A stretch of 62,202 nucleotides of DNA, the filler included, from Nemertoderma westbladi (lineage: Eukaryota > Animalia > Xenacoelomorpha), in NCBI GenBank assembly GCA_032718475.1. It is 3 parts of 3 records of this genome, joined end to end, with 100 filler letters (N's around TTAATTAATTAA, not from the genome) between each part and the next. Parts side by side here need not be neighbours in the genome. Positions count along the whole stretch, not along the records: positions 22,652 to 53,143 come from JAUCBJ010001378.1; 2 more parts are not named here. One strand, 5' to 3'. Positions 25,601 to 37,540 of the stretch are shown in pieces; the first letter of the stretch is position 1, and the number at the start of each line of letters is the position of its first letter. Under the pieces are notes generated by a model. It was not told the origin of the DNA, ran no database searches, and was given only the letters and a program-made list of their open reading frames with translations. Made by a program: the position numbers and the translations under genes.

Positions 25601-26021
25601 GACTCCTCGCCCAATCGATCTGGTGTTCTTCCACCGCGATCAATAACCTAGTGAGTACGGCTGCAGGAAGGATGAGAAGGGGATCCGTATAAACCGCATC
25701 CGTCATCTCTGCTCCGCGCTCGGGTGTCAGCTCTACAGTATCCTCACTACTGGAGCTGCTGGGCCGATGAGGAATAAGTTCTTGACTCGCGGGTTGTTGC
25801 TGTTCCGCTGCTTCTTGGTCCCGCTTGACCTGAGCTCGAGTGCCTATGATAGACCTACGATGTTGGACTAGCCTAGGTTCTGTTATTACTACTGGAGGGA
25901 TGACCTTCCTCACAGTGGGAGGTGAACTGGACTTACGACTAGAGGGTTCTACACCTCTATCTGAGTTGCAGATAGTTACATCTAATAGACTGTCTGACAG
26001 GTTCTGCTTAGTATCAGACAT
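22652..26021 (-). CDS. gag: BEL/Pao Gag(-Pol) polyprotein, N-terminal >1120 aa, open up to the gap
   Basis: DUF1759-type region KFNGDEMKWLPF...LSNGEKLRYLIECLEG...LNIRYGN; first Cys-His box CALCDGTHHLNRC; long Ala/Glu/Lys coiled-coil segment. Confidence 0.85.
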
Positions 26022-27396
26022 ATTTGTGAGTACAGTTGAATGCCTACTGCTATATTACAGTCTAAGCAAGTCTAGTAATTCAGTATTAACTGCTAGCCTA
26101 GTAATTAATTACCGATACTGCTACTCAGTGTAGCGTGATATATATAATATATTAAATACCGGTATGCTTATAGTATATATAAGTATTATTACAGACTAGG
26201 TTTATCACAGAATACCGGTATAATTTTAGCACAAATGTATATAAATATATAATAGGCCTATCGGGAATACCGGTATACAGCTTACAGTTTTGTAGTATAT
26301 ATAATTATAATTCTGGACTAGAATTAATTATAAAGTACCGGTATAATTTCAGCCTAAATTTATAGAAATAAAGATAATAGGCCTATCGTAAATACCGGTA
26401 TGTCAATTATTTTAAATAATTGAATTTCTGTATTTTAGGGTTACTTGGTTACTTTACTTACTTTACTACCGTTATTTGAGCAGTAATCCAACTGATATTA
26501 AGACCTAATGGTTGTATGGTAGGCCTACTATTTATAAATCGTTAGATTTGATTTATAATATATATATACCCATTTTAATGGGTTTTGTCAATGTTTGAAA
26601 TAAATGTTATTATTTCTGGGGAGTAATCACTACACAAAGCGGTGCGCTTTCAGTGAAGTGTTACTTATAGGACACTAAAACAAATAATACTAATTTACCT
26701 AAGTTACTTAATACTACAAATTACGTACAATTCGGGTGAGATTACAATCTCTAAATAAACACAAAAATTTACAAAAACACAAAATACGAAATTTTTAGGG
26801 TAATTTTACAAGAAGTCTACAAACCAGCCTAACGAAGGGTTAGAAAACTGGTTATTACAACGGACAGGGTACTACGGTATTTGAAATAATAAGTAGTAGT
26901 AAATACACTGCGTTGTCCAGATAGGAAAATACCACCGCCTGACGACCTATAGCCGTATCGCTATAGGTTCTACGTTATGTATCACGGAGTGTTCCTACCT
27001 AGAAGTTAATAGAGCTAATCGAACGTGCCTATTAACCACTTTACACCACAAATGTAATGCCTACAATAATTACTTTCGGAAAGCACTGTACACTAAACCC
27101 TAAATTAGGTACGAGTACTTGTACAACAGATAATCAGTAGTTAAATATACTTGAACAGCTAAAAGAACCACGGCATCTGCTGGAGTGACCGATGCACAAA
27201 ATCACCAGTCTTTACCTACGCCAAGCAGCCCGTGTAGTACCGGGGTTAATTTAACTATAGCGGTATGTATAACAAACACAATTACTGTAGGAACAAACTT
27301 GGGGAATGAATGTTGCGGATAATCGCATAAACTCTGAATAATAAATATTATGCTACGCGTACAAACTACTCAAACAAAATGCAGACCGAACACTGA

Positions 27397-27905
27397 CAGA
27401 CTACTATCAAGCCTAAACAAACTACAGGACATGCAGACTCCGAAATGATTAGGGAGTATGCGCTCTAACCCAGTAGTGCGACTTATTCTTTAGTTGGGGG
27501 TTTACCTTACAGCGTTGGCTGCCCCTACTTCCTAACCGTACTTAATCGGACAAGTGATCTACACACACTGCAATCCGTTCAGACCTAATAACAGCCAGAC
27601 AATTATCCAGCCTACAAATTATCTAAATAAAATTATACGCTACCCGTACAGACTTACACAAACAAAGAACAGACTAAACGATGGCAGACTACTCTCAAGC
27701 CTAAATAAACTACAGGACATGCAGACTCCGAAATGATTAGGGAGTATGCGTTCTAACCCAGTAGTACGACTTATTCTTTAGTTGGGGGTTTACCTTACAG
27801 CATTCGCTGCCCCTACTTCCTAACCGTACTTAATCGGACAGATGATCTACACACACTGCAATTCGTTCAGACTTAACAGCAATCAGACAACAGCTCAGCC
27901 TACAA
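27397..27905. repeat. Tandem duplication (~287-bp period) in the BEL leader
   Basis: 27397-27620 is nearly identical to 27684-27905. Confidence 0.85.
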
Positions 27906-28278
27906 TCGTCTGTACAATCTGATCAGGTTTACACGCCTTCTGTTCAATACTGGCCTACAAATAAATAAAACTTGACAGAAATAAGTAAACCATATAAAGG
28001 AATAAGGGGTGATCAATCCCTAATCCCTTAAACAGCCTACCGGTATACAACAATCAAATCGAATAATACTAATGTACTTATACGGAAGTACCGGTTAGGA
28101 CAGCTAGGCCTACGGACCTACAGAAGTACCGGTTCTGGCAGTTGGACCTACGGACCTACGGCAGTACCGGTTCTGGCAGTTGGGCCTACTGACCTACAGA
28201 TGTACCGGTTCAGGTTTACCGGTTGACCGGTACTTTCAACTTTATTGCTTACTGCAACAAAGAAGCTATATCCTTTAA

Positions 28279-29479
28279 TGTTCGCGCTTTCAGACCTTTG
28301 GCAGTTTAACCCGCCAAATTAAGATGTCTTCTAGATATTAAATCGCTTTTTAGCCTATGACAAGTATTTGATTCACTACACTAGTCGAAACCAATCTGTG
28401 CGCGACCATTCACCCGCTGGATATTCCCGGGAGATTGGGTTCGACGGTTTAATTTTATTGCTATGTAAGCCTAATGTATTATTCGACTGACAGTATTATA
28501 TAATCTCTGACAATATTATTCACCTTCGGGAATATTAACAGTTCCTTTAGGACGTGGCGCTTTATTTATATAAACAGAGTTATGACTTAAACTACTCGCA
28601 ACGATATGGCTTAATTATAATTCACATATATGGCGCATTCTTTAGGAAATGCTTCTTTAACAGACTTACTCATACACAATGCTGCACAATACTGCACACT
28701 AATCTGCCAATCTTCACTGATTTTAGTCACATATAAAAGGAACACAGACTGACTCATGTAGGGTCTATCAAATAACATTAGATTCACTTCAAACCACTTT
28801 AACATAAGTCACAATCGTTATTGGTAACCTTTCTCTCTTACCTTCGGTATATCAAGAATATTGGGTGTCGGGGTTATTTCTCGTTATTCCAATATAATAA
28901 TTCATCAACAAATATAATGAATAACCGACAACAAATAGCAGTATACGGTATTGATTGAGCAGGTAATTTTAGCAGCAGTTATTCAAGTGATTAAAAGCCA
29001 GTTTGTTTGAGTTAAGACAATCAGTCAGTTAAAGGATATATGTCCTTATAATTAAACCTACTAGTGTTGAGCTAAAAAGCAGAAAGCACAAAACACTAAA
29101 AAGCCGTTCTTTCGTGGCTTTGAAAAACTCGTGACTACTGCTCTATACGAGGATACCAACTCCCTTATTCCACGAAGCTCCCGTTCAACACAGAGAAAGA
29201 GCAGTGAGATAGGAAAATTTCAGTTCAGTAGCTCTGTGATAGGTCAAAATCAAGGCTAACTCAAATTCTATTGGGGGATACAAAAACAAGGCTATGACGC
29301 AACCTCCCTAGGCTTGTTGGCCGATTAAACAGAGCCCAGATGCCTGCGTACAGCAAATCAGCCAATAAGCTGGTAACTTGCACTATTTTTAGCTATAGAT
29401 CCCTTTAGAGTATTCTAGCGACCGGGGGGGAACTGGCCAACAAGGCAAACGAATCAGTTATCCCACAAAAGCTTTTACA
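28279..29479 (-). repeat. 5' LTR (1201 bp) of the BEL/Pao element
   Basis: Reverse complement of 53928-55158 with TGT/ACA termini and an internal AATAAA. Confidence 0.92.
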
Positions 29480-31328
29480 GTGAGGGTGAAAGGGAGACCA
29501 TGTTGTAGGTGGATTGACAGAAGCTGGTGAACTGTGAATATGTGGTCTGAGCATGACCGACCTTTGCGGAATCCTGCCTGTGATTCTGATATTCTTCCTC
29601 TGAGTGATGCATTTAGCCTTGATAACAAGATATATGAAAAGATCTTTAAGGGAACGGATAACAAGCTGATGCCACGAATGTTGTTACAGTGACGTGTATC
29701 TCCTTTCTTTGGTAGAGTCACAATATCCCTTTCCCCCCAGTCACCAGGAACTTATCCTGTCTCTAGAATATGGTTATATAGTTTGAGCAGGTGGTGTTTA
29801 GCTTTTCTAGAACAGGCTTTTAGTTCTTCTGGTGTGATGTTATCGGGGCCTGGTGCCTTTCTTCTTTTTAGACGGTTAATTGCTAATTCAAGTTCGCCCA
29901 TGTTCATTGGAGACAAGTCTAATTCTATGTCTTCCTCAGCTGGGGGGATATCTGTCCCTGTTGTTGTTGGTTCCGGTGCATTGAGGAGTTCTTGGAAGTA
30001 TTATTCTAATCGATCAATCTGTTCTTGTTTCATGGCTAACAACCTGCCAGTTTTTGAGAAGACTTCACGTTGCCGAGGTTTAAAATGATTTGTTAGAAAC
30101 GGATGGTCTTAAAGACTTCTCTTGAGTCATTTCGTGTGTAAGCAAGATTACATGCTTCAGTTTGTTGTCGTATATCTTCTCCTTTCTCCTCACGTAGCTT
30201 GCTGTGTGTTTCTTTGCTGAGGAAGTTTAGTTTGGATTTGAGGTCTAGACGAATCTGTTTTCGCTTTTGTATTATATCTGTAGTTTCAACACTTAGCGGA
30301 CGTTTAGTACCACGTGTGGTTAGAGGTAGGGTATCTTTAGCTGAGGTGAACGCGGTTTGTATTTTCTTCCATTGATTGTTTGATTTACGTTGTGGCGAGT
30401 TGGATAAGGATGAACTAGTGGATGGAATGCTATCTAGAGTAGAGTCCAAAGTGTCTTGGTATTCCTTTCTGGTGTCTTCTTGCATGAGTGAGTCCAGTTG
30501 ACGTTTTGGTGGTGTTGGTGGGGCTTCCGACCAACGGCGAATACGGAAATGGATATCAGCAGTGAGGGGGTAGTGATCCGAGAAGTGATTCGTTTTAGGA
30601 ATAGATTCCATAAAAGTTATTAGTTTTCTAAGTGGTTTTGGGCAGATAATGAAGTCCAAGACATACCAAGGGTTTCTGTCAGGGTATGGTACATTTGGTG
30701 AGATAAATGTCGTCATCTTTAGTTTGTTATGGTGGTTCCAGAACGTGTTGTTTATTATTAGCTGATGTTGTCTGCAGAATTCTACGAGCAGATCCCCATT
30801 ATTGTTGCGATTGGGGAAATTTGCAAGACCTATAATATCAGAATCTTGGGGGTTTGATATTCGGTTGCCGACTTGTGAATTGAAATCTCCAAGAATAAAT
30901 ATATTTTGCGGGAATCGGTGGAGTTGTGTGTCAAGTTGTTGTAGGAAATCTTCCATTTGCCCAGCTGGGGATTGGTTGCATGGAGCGTATATCGAGAGGA
31001 AATTGATGGTACGAGACCATGTTCCGATCGTCAGACGGCATAGGCGTGGTGAAATAGTCTCAAAACCTGAAATTGCCTTCGCCAGTTTTGGGTGGACAAT
31101 AAAACCAGTACCCTTTCGGTGTTGGTAATCTGATGGATCTGCAGGTGAAGATATAACGGTAAAACCTTCTGAGTTGTAAGTTCCTCCTTCTGGCCACCAT
31201 GTTTCTTGGATAGCCAGAAGGTGAATCTGATGCTCCCGCATGTCTTGGATTACCAGCCGTAACCGTCCAGTTGCGAATAGTGATTGTACATTCCATGTGG
31301 CGATTTTGGACTTACACAGTTGGGGCAT
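29480..31328 (-). mobile_element. RTE-clade LINE (APE plus start of RT), cut by the BEL insertion
   Basis: IATWNVQSL, IQETWW, IYAP, LGDFN, FSDH, then KAPGPDNI, LPKKGD...RGISLLS and QAGFRKGRSCSDHIF; frameshifted. Confidence 0.88.
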
Positions 31329-33339
31329 TATTTTGATCAAATGCAGAATATGAAATGTGATTATAAAGAAAGTTATCGGTACTAAACAGAACGTCAAAAC
31401 AATAACGAAAATATTTACTATAATACTCCAACAGCTAAAATTGATTACTTTGAAAAATATGGTTGTTACGAAAAATTTATATTGCTGTATTGCGTATTTA
31501 TTGCGAAAAGGTCAAGTTTAAAGCATTATCTCTGGTTCTGTAAGAGTGTGCATCACGCCTTCTTTTTATACACATTTTTGTCTTAGGAAAATTGGACTCA
31601 TCATTTTGCACCACATGGATATCTGCTTAACTCTACTATACAAAATTAAGTAGCCCAGATTCAGAAAGGTCAACTATAGTTAGATTTTGCCCGGATTTGC
31701 AATTTTTAATAGATCTCAATAATATTTCATGAGCAGATATCAATTTAAGTTGTTATTACCCACCCATGCCAAGAAAAACAAGCATAGTCTAGGTGAAATG
31801 TTATTAAACGACGATCAATACACCCTCAGAGACTCGGTATTCAGACTATTTTCATGTACGCACAGAAAAGTCAAGTCAAAGCCTACTGTTAACTTTCTGA
31901 AAAATATTTCTCTCCGCGCCTTCCCCAGATAAGCAGTTATCCAAAATGGACTTAAATTATAACAATTACTAGTTACTTCAAATTTAGATCCATAAAAATA
32001 CATTAATTCAAAGATGAATCCTAATTTGAAAATTTAAGAAACTGATCAAAGATAGGAACTAAAATGGATACACACTTTCTACTTCGTTACCATGTAGCCC
32101 CCAAACGTCTACAAGTAATCTATATAATTGTACTATTTTAACTCGATCAATAAAGTGGTTATGTAGTAACGTGCCAGTTGCCTGTGCCAGCATGCCAGTT
32201 ATATTGGTTGGGTCTGCAATTTTAGGGCAAGGGCGTAGAGTTGAGATGATACAGGAGTAAACATAGGTCCTGGCGGGCTTCTTACATAACCATAACAGCC
32301 AATAGGATGCATGTTTTCTCTGCTCCTATAGTGTTGGTTGTCCACAGTGCTGTCTTTGGGGGAATGCTAGCAGCAGGTGTATCAGGTTAGATGTGTAACA
32401 TCTGCAACACTTCTACTTATCTTCCTATCTTGCGTCATTAATGGTTCATTTAGTATAAGCCAGTGGGATATTGGCTTTTTTGCCTGTAGGGATTGATATT
32501 CTGACGGACTAATATGCTGCCGTGTGGGGGAAGGGGGTTTGGGTATGGAGGCTAATCCTAGAAATATGTTAATATGTCCCTCTCATTAATAATGCTGGGA
32601 TGAGAGCAAGGGTTGGTGGTTGGAAGGTTTGTAATCAGAGAGCATTGGTGTTTGTTTATAGTCAAACCTATAAATCAAATTGACATGTTTATTCGTTTTC
32701 CCATAGATGTTGTCGGTTTGTTCTTTTCAGGTTGTTGCTCGGTGAATATTCAATATAGCAGGGGTATAATATCAATAACAAAGGGGTATCATCATCGGGT
32801 TATTAATATCATGACGCTTGTAATGAAAAGGTAAGTGGATTTTCTATTGGGGTAGTGAGGTGACATTCTTTTATTTTTGGTAGTGATGTTGTCCGTTATC
32901 GTTATAGGATAGAGTTGGAATTAAATAGTAAGTAAGTATTAGTAATTTGTTAGTTGGGTAGTGCGCTATGCTGTATCTTACCCATAGGAGCCCAGCCCAA
33001 CACCTACAGGGGGTATTTAAGGAATACCCTACCCTGGGTTAGATGTCTCTAGTGTTGCCACTAAAAGTTGCGGAACCCTATACCGCATGGAAATTAAAAC
33101 CCCTGAAAGTGAAAATGAAAATGAAAAGTTGGGTAAAATGGGATGTGAAGGGCCTGCACAATTTCGGTTGTTTTTAGCAGCTTTTTCTTTTGAAAGGGTT
33201 TGCGGAAAAAGATCAATTTTCAGGCCATTTTTGGAAATTACTAAAATGTGCCTTAGGGCCACCAGAGGCTTAATCCGGCACTGTAACTTACGGTTGTGAA
33301 ACCTGATACGAGGGATCGTTGGCACCTATGACTAAAATG

Positions 33340-34250
33340 TATACACCATTTCGTTTAATACAACAACCATTCTTAGTTCCCATTCCTATTTTATTCAAAT
33401 TTCAATAAAATGCTGTGAAATTTGGTATGATGATAGATCGACACCTTTTCTTACTGCTGGCCTGGCCGGATTTTTATTTCTCAGTTATTTCCATACAACA
33501 ATCCCTTAAAATCTGGATATCATTCATTAGAACCGCCTTCATCTGCAGATTCCTAATCAGAAAACCGTTTTAAATTTAATCGAAAAGTGGCAAAGATATT
33601 ATCAAAATACTAATGTGCAAATCTTGAGACGTAAATCGCTATAATTCTAATGGATTTTTTGTCTTTATTCTAGAATATTTATTATATTTAATAAATACAT
33701 ATTCTTTTGAATAAATCAAATATTAAATTAAAACACTAAGAAATTTAAATGAAAGTTTAGTTTCTAGAATATTAATTATTATTTAGCTGAGCGTTTAAAA
33801 CTTTACATATTGTTTCTTCATTATGCGTAATTAATATTCTAGAATTGAGTAAAAAAACCGATAGAATTTTCTTGATTTACGTGTCAAAATGTATACCTTT
33901 GAATTTTGATAATATCTCCGGAAGTTATTAGTGAAGTTTAAGATAGTTTTCATATTCTGAATCTGCAGATGAAGGCGGTTCAAATAATATCTAGATTTCA
34001 TTCCAAAGACGAAAAATAAAGCCGACGGAGGTGTCAAATATTGAAAAATAGAGATTTTAACGGCATATTGTTTTATCGAAATAGCTCATAAATTGAATAA
34101 TCCGTCCAGATCTGCAGTAAGAAAAATTGTCGAACTATCATCATATAAAATTTCGTAGCATATGATTGATATTTTAAAAAAATTAGGGGGGGGGGGGGGG
34201 GGCTCCGATCCCTTAAAAATGGTTGTTGTATTAACGGAGATAGTGTATGT
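33340..34250. mobile_element. Foldback/MITE-like element with long imperfect inverted arms
   Basis: 33340-33680 is a diverged inverted match to 33833-34250, e.g. GAACCGCCTTCATCTGCAGATTC / GAATCTGCAGATGAAGGCGGTTC and AATACAACAACCATT / AATGGTTGTTGTATT; related sequence at ~38320-38400. Confidence 0.7.
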
Positions 34251-34371
34251 CAATAGTCAGACTACTATTGGGTGTTGTTAGATCTACCACATTCGGTGAC
34301 ATTTGCCTTATCGAATTGGGACTCCCGGAGTTTGAAACCTTAATCCGTGATAAACAGCGGAAATATCTGAA

Positions 34372-34713
34372 TAGAGTAACAACGAGCAACAACGACTAAC
34401 AACGAGCAAGAACAAGCAACAATGACCAACGATGACCAACAACGAGCAACAATGACCAACAACGAGCAACAATGAGAAACAATGAGCAATAATAAAGTTC
34501 AACAACTAGCAACAATAACCAACAACGAGTAACAACGACCAATAATAAAGTACAACAACGAGCAACCTTGACCAGCAATGAGCAACAACGAGCAACAATA
34601 ACAAACAATGACCAAAAATAAGCAACAACGAGCAACAATGAGCAACAACGAGCTACAATGATCAACAACGAGCAACAATGAGCAACAACGAGCAATATAA
34701 TAAAGTATAACAA
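34372..34713 (-). repeat. 12-bp-unit minisatellite (AACAACGAGCAA type)
   Basis: Degenerate tandem array, inverted relative to 34830-35625. Confidence 0.9.
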
Positions 34714-34829
34714 TGATGAATGTATCTGTGTAATCTGTTTAGTGGTTTACTCTAGTTACTGTATTAGTTACTGTTATTGTAGTTACTGCTACTTATTGTA
34801 GTTACTGTTTATCACTGTTCATTATTATT

Positions 34830-35625
34830 TCTCATTGTTACTCATTGTTGCTTGTTGTTGCTCATTGTTTGTCGTTGTTGCTCATTTGTTGGTAATTTTT
34901 TGCTCGTTTTTGCTCATTGTTGGTCATTGGTGCTCATTGTTGTACATTATTACTGCTCGCTGTTCTGTTGCTCATTGTTGCTCGTTGTTGCTCATTGTTG
35001 TACTTTATTATTGCTCGTTGTTGGTCATTGTTCCTCGTTGTTGCTCATTGTTGTACTTCATTACTGCTCGTTGTTTGTCATTGTTGCTCGTTGTTGGTCA
35101 TTGTTGCTCGTTGTTGCACGTTGTTGGTCATTGTTACTCATTGTTGCTTGTTGTTGCTCATTGTTTGTCGTTGTTGCTCATTTGTTGGTAATTTTTTGCT
35201 CGTTTTTGCTCATTGTTGGTCATTGGTGCTCATTGTTGTACATTATTACTGCTCGCTGTTCTGTTGCTCATTGTTGCTCGTTGTTGCTCATTGTTGTACT
35301 TTATTATTGCTCGTTGTTGGTCATTGTTCCTCGTTGTTGCTCATTGTTGTACTTCATTACTGCTCGTTGTTTGTCATTGTTGCTCGTTGTTGGTCATTGT
35401 TGCTCGTTGTTGCTCATTGTTGGTCATTGTTGCTCGTTTTTGCTCATTGTTGTACTTTATTACTGCTCGTTGTTCTGTCGCTCATTTTTGTTCGTTGTTG
35501 CTCATTGTTGTACCTTATTACTGCTCGTTGTTGGTCATTGTTGCTCGTTGTTGGTCATTGTTGCTCGTTGTTGGTCATTGTTGCTCGTTGTTGGTCATTG
35601 TTGCTCGTTGTTATTCATTGTTTGT
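34830..35625 (+). repeat. 12-bp-unit minisatellite (TTGCTCGTTGTT type) with 296-bp higher-order duplication
   Basis: Tandem array; spurious ORFs starting at 34917 and 35213 begin identically, 296 bp apart. Confidence 0.9.
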
Positions 35626-35902
35626 CTACGAAACTCAATATCCAATATTGGTTTAAGTTGTTAAGCGGCTCTTTAGTTACGTAATAATTTTTCGAGATCA
35701 CTAAATAATTTAACATTTTGTAATACTTCAGTATATCACTCTATCTTATATTAAAGAATTGCGCAACAACAAAAAAATATTTTCAATATTCTCTCGACCC
35801 TTTATTAACCTCACTGACGCTCAGTAAATATAATGCCCGAGAATAGAGAAAAAAAGATCTACTTTTTTCCCTATGTTATAAATAATTATTTATATTCTGC
35901 AG

Positions 35903-36070
35903 GAATTGCGGCGGGACTAGGTTCTAATCCCCCGCATCCAACTAACGACCAACGAATGAGATTTTCCTCTGAAATGGACGAGGCGACAGTTTCCTGTGCG
36001 ACCTGACTTCGCAATGACCATTAATTAATACGAGTCAGGGTCAGACTCTGAAGAAGGTAGGCATATTGGT
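35903..36070 (+). pseudogene. Helitron RepHel Pif1-helicase C-terminal remnant
   Basis: Manual translation gives GTRVLIPRIQLTTNE*DFPLKWTRRQFPVRPDFAMTIN / (frameshift) SQGQTLKKVGI, preceded by a TCTGCAG acceptor. Confidence 0.85.
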
Positions 36071-36543
36071 TATATGGGCCCTGATAACCACCTTCACTAC
36101 GAAGAAACAGCCAATGGAGTCACCCGATTGTAATTGATGTTTCATGAATGAGGAGAGGACTACTAATTATTCCCTAACTGGCGATACTGGAGATTGACTT
36201 TTGAGTCCGGGCCCAGATAAATTATCTACATGGGGGACACGTGTAATCCGATCTAATAATGGAAGAATCTTAATTTTAAAAATTTGAGCCAGGATATTTA
36301 CAACTTTTATTGGTTGAAATTAATTGTTTTGTTCGGAATGATTTGGAAATCCATGTAGTCATGTCAAGGTCATGGGTGATCAATTACATTTGGTAAATTA
36401 TAAATAATAATAATCATTATTATTGTCACAATTATTATTGTCTCATTTAAGCAGAAATACATCCCAAGGCAGTTCAGTTCATGTGACTTATATTCCACTG
36501 ATAACACACTTATTTTCTCACTCTGTGCCAGCTTGCGGCATAA

Positions 36544-36579
36544 CTAGAAAGCCCGTGGCCGTGGGACGAGCTTTCTAGT
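36544..36579 (+). mobile_element. Probable Helitron 3' terminus
   Basis: Hairpin CTAGAAAGCCCGT...ACGAGCTTTCTAG ending CTAG|T, ~500 bp downstream of the helicase remnant. Confidence 0.55.
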
Positions 36580-36800
36580 ACGAGTTGAAATATTATTAAT
36601 TAAAATCGTAGAGAGTAGTTGAATTATGTTTTGGAAACATTAATACTGTGAGGGGAGTTAATCTATTTTTTATTCGAAGAAAATAATAGGGTAATATAAT
36701 TTGACGACTTACTTAACGACTTCTTGACGGCGACTCTAGTTGATACAAACGGGGTGCTCTACAGACACAAATTTAGCCTGCGCTTATTCAAACTTCTTAC

Positions 36801-36955
36801 CTGTAAACCACCAAACAGACAACAGCATTTCCACATGTACCAATCACAACCATGGCAACGATACCAATAGCTAATATAGTTTTTAAACCAACTCCAAGGT
36901 CTTCGCTGGCTGATTTTCCCCATATATTAAAGTTTTGAGATGTAAAGTTATCCAT
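36801..36955 (-). CDS. First coding exon of a rhodopsin-like (class A) GPCR: N-terminus and TM1
   Basis: MDNFTSQNFNIWGKSASEDLGVGLKTILAIGIVAMVVIGTCGNAVVCLVVY(R). N-glycosylation sequon NFT, TM1 motif GxxGNxxV, and a strong AG|GTAAG donor at 36800. Confidence 0.82.
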
Positions 36956-37326
36956 TTATAATAAATGGAAAACACCTAGGATAAAGACTTAAAGAAATGA
37001 ACAAGTTTGTGGGGCGAGCCACTTAGAGAGCGAGGGCTTTATGGATCGAGTATAATTTTAGTCTGCCATCTTTATTTCAGTATAACGTGTTGGCGTCGAT
37101 CTGTCTAATATTAAAATGGTTCCCTTTCTGTATATGGCTTTCTGTGTTTAGGCGTTCCAACTTATTATCATGAATGGCACAAAATAATTTTAAAGTTATG
37201 AAATGGATGACTTTATTGTATCGTAATTACAATTTCCACTTGTGACTTATTTGTTCTCTCATTAAGAGGTTGGCCCATGTGAAGAATACCAGGCTTTCTG
37301 CCGTTATATTTCACTTTGCAGTTACC

Positions 37327-37540
37327 CCCATGTGAAGAATACCAGGTTATCACCAAAACCACAGGTTACAGAAGGGCTGAATCTAACCAAAACAATAAAC
37401 GAATTAGTATATGTACAGGTTATAAGACAGAAATAAGCGCTATAAAATAAAGATAAATTTAAAAAAATAAAAAATCTTCATATATAAAATTCCAATAAAA
37501 AGTCAACCGAAAAGTGAAATCCTGGTATTCTTCACATGGG
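37327..37540. mobile_element. MITE with 20-bp TIRs and CCC...GGG termini (EnSpm-like)
   Basis: CCCATGTGAAGAATACCAGG / CCTGGTATTCTTCACATGGG; extra TIR copies at 37274 and 51801-51820. Confidence 0.7.

Larger units (their letters stand above)
22652..29479 (-). mobile_element. BEL/Pao LTR retrotransposon, 5' part (LTR, 2.2-kb leader, gag), truncated by the gap
   Basis: TGT...ACA LTR at 29479-28279 followed by a gag ORF; inserted into an RTE RT region. Confidence 0.88.

Noticed and set aside
26939-26972. CTGACGA followed by a strong hairpin, a possible second hammerhead
   Set aside because: No GAAA after the stem and no stem I/III pairing.
28554-28805. Duplicated small ORFs also seen at 54632-54883
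   Set aside because: They lie inside the two LTR copies, which explains the duplication; no coding evidence.
31329-32003. Hydrophobic reading frames upstream of the RTE ORF, possibly GPCR or channel exons
   Set aside because: No diagnostic motifs, several stops and no consistent splice sites; T-rich sequence gives such peptides by chance.
34308-35684. Cys/Leu/Val-rich 'membrane' ORFs
   Set aside because: Translations of a 12-bp minisatellite.
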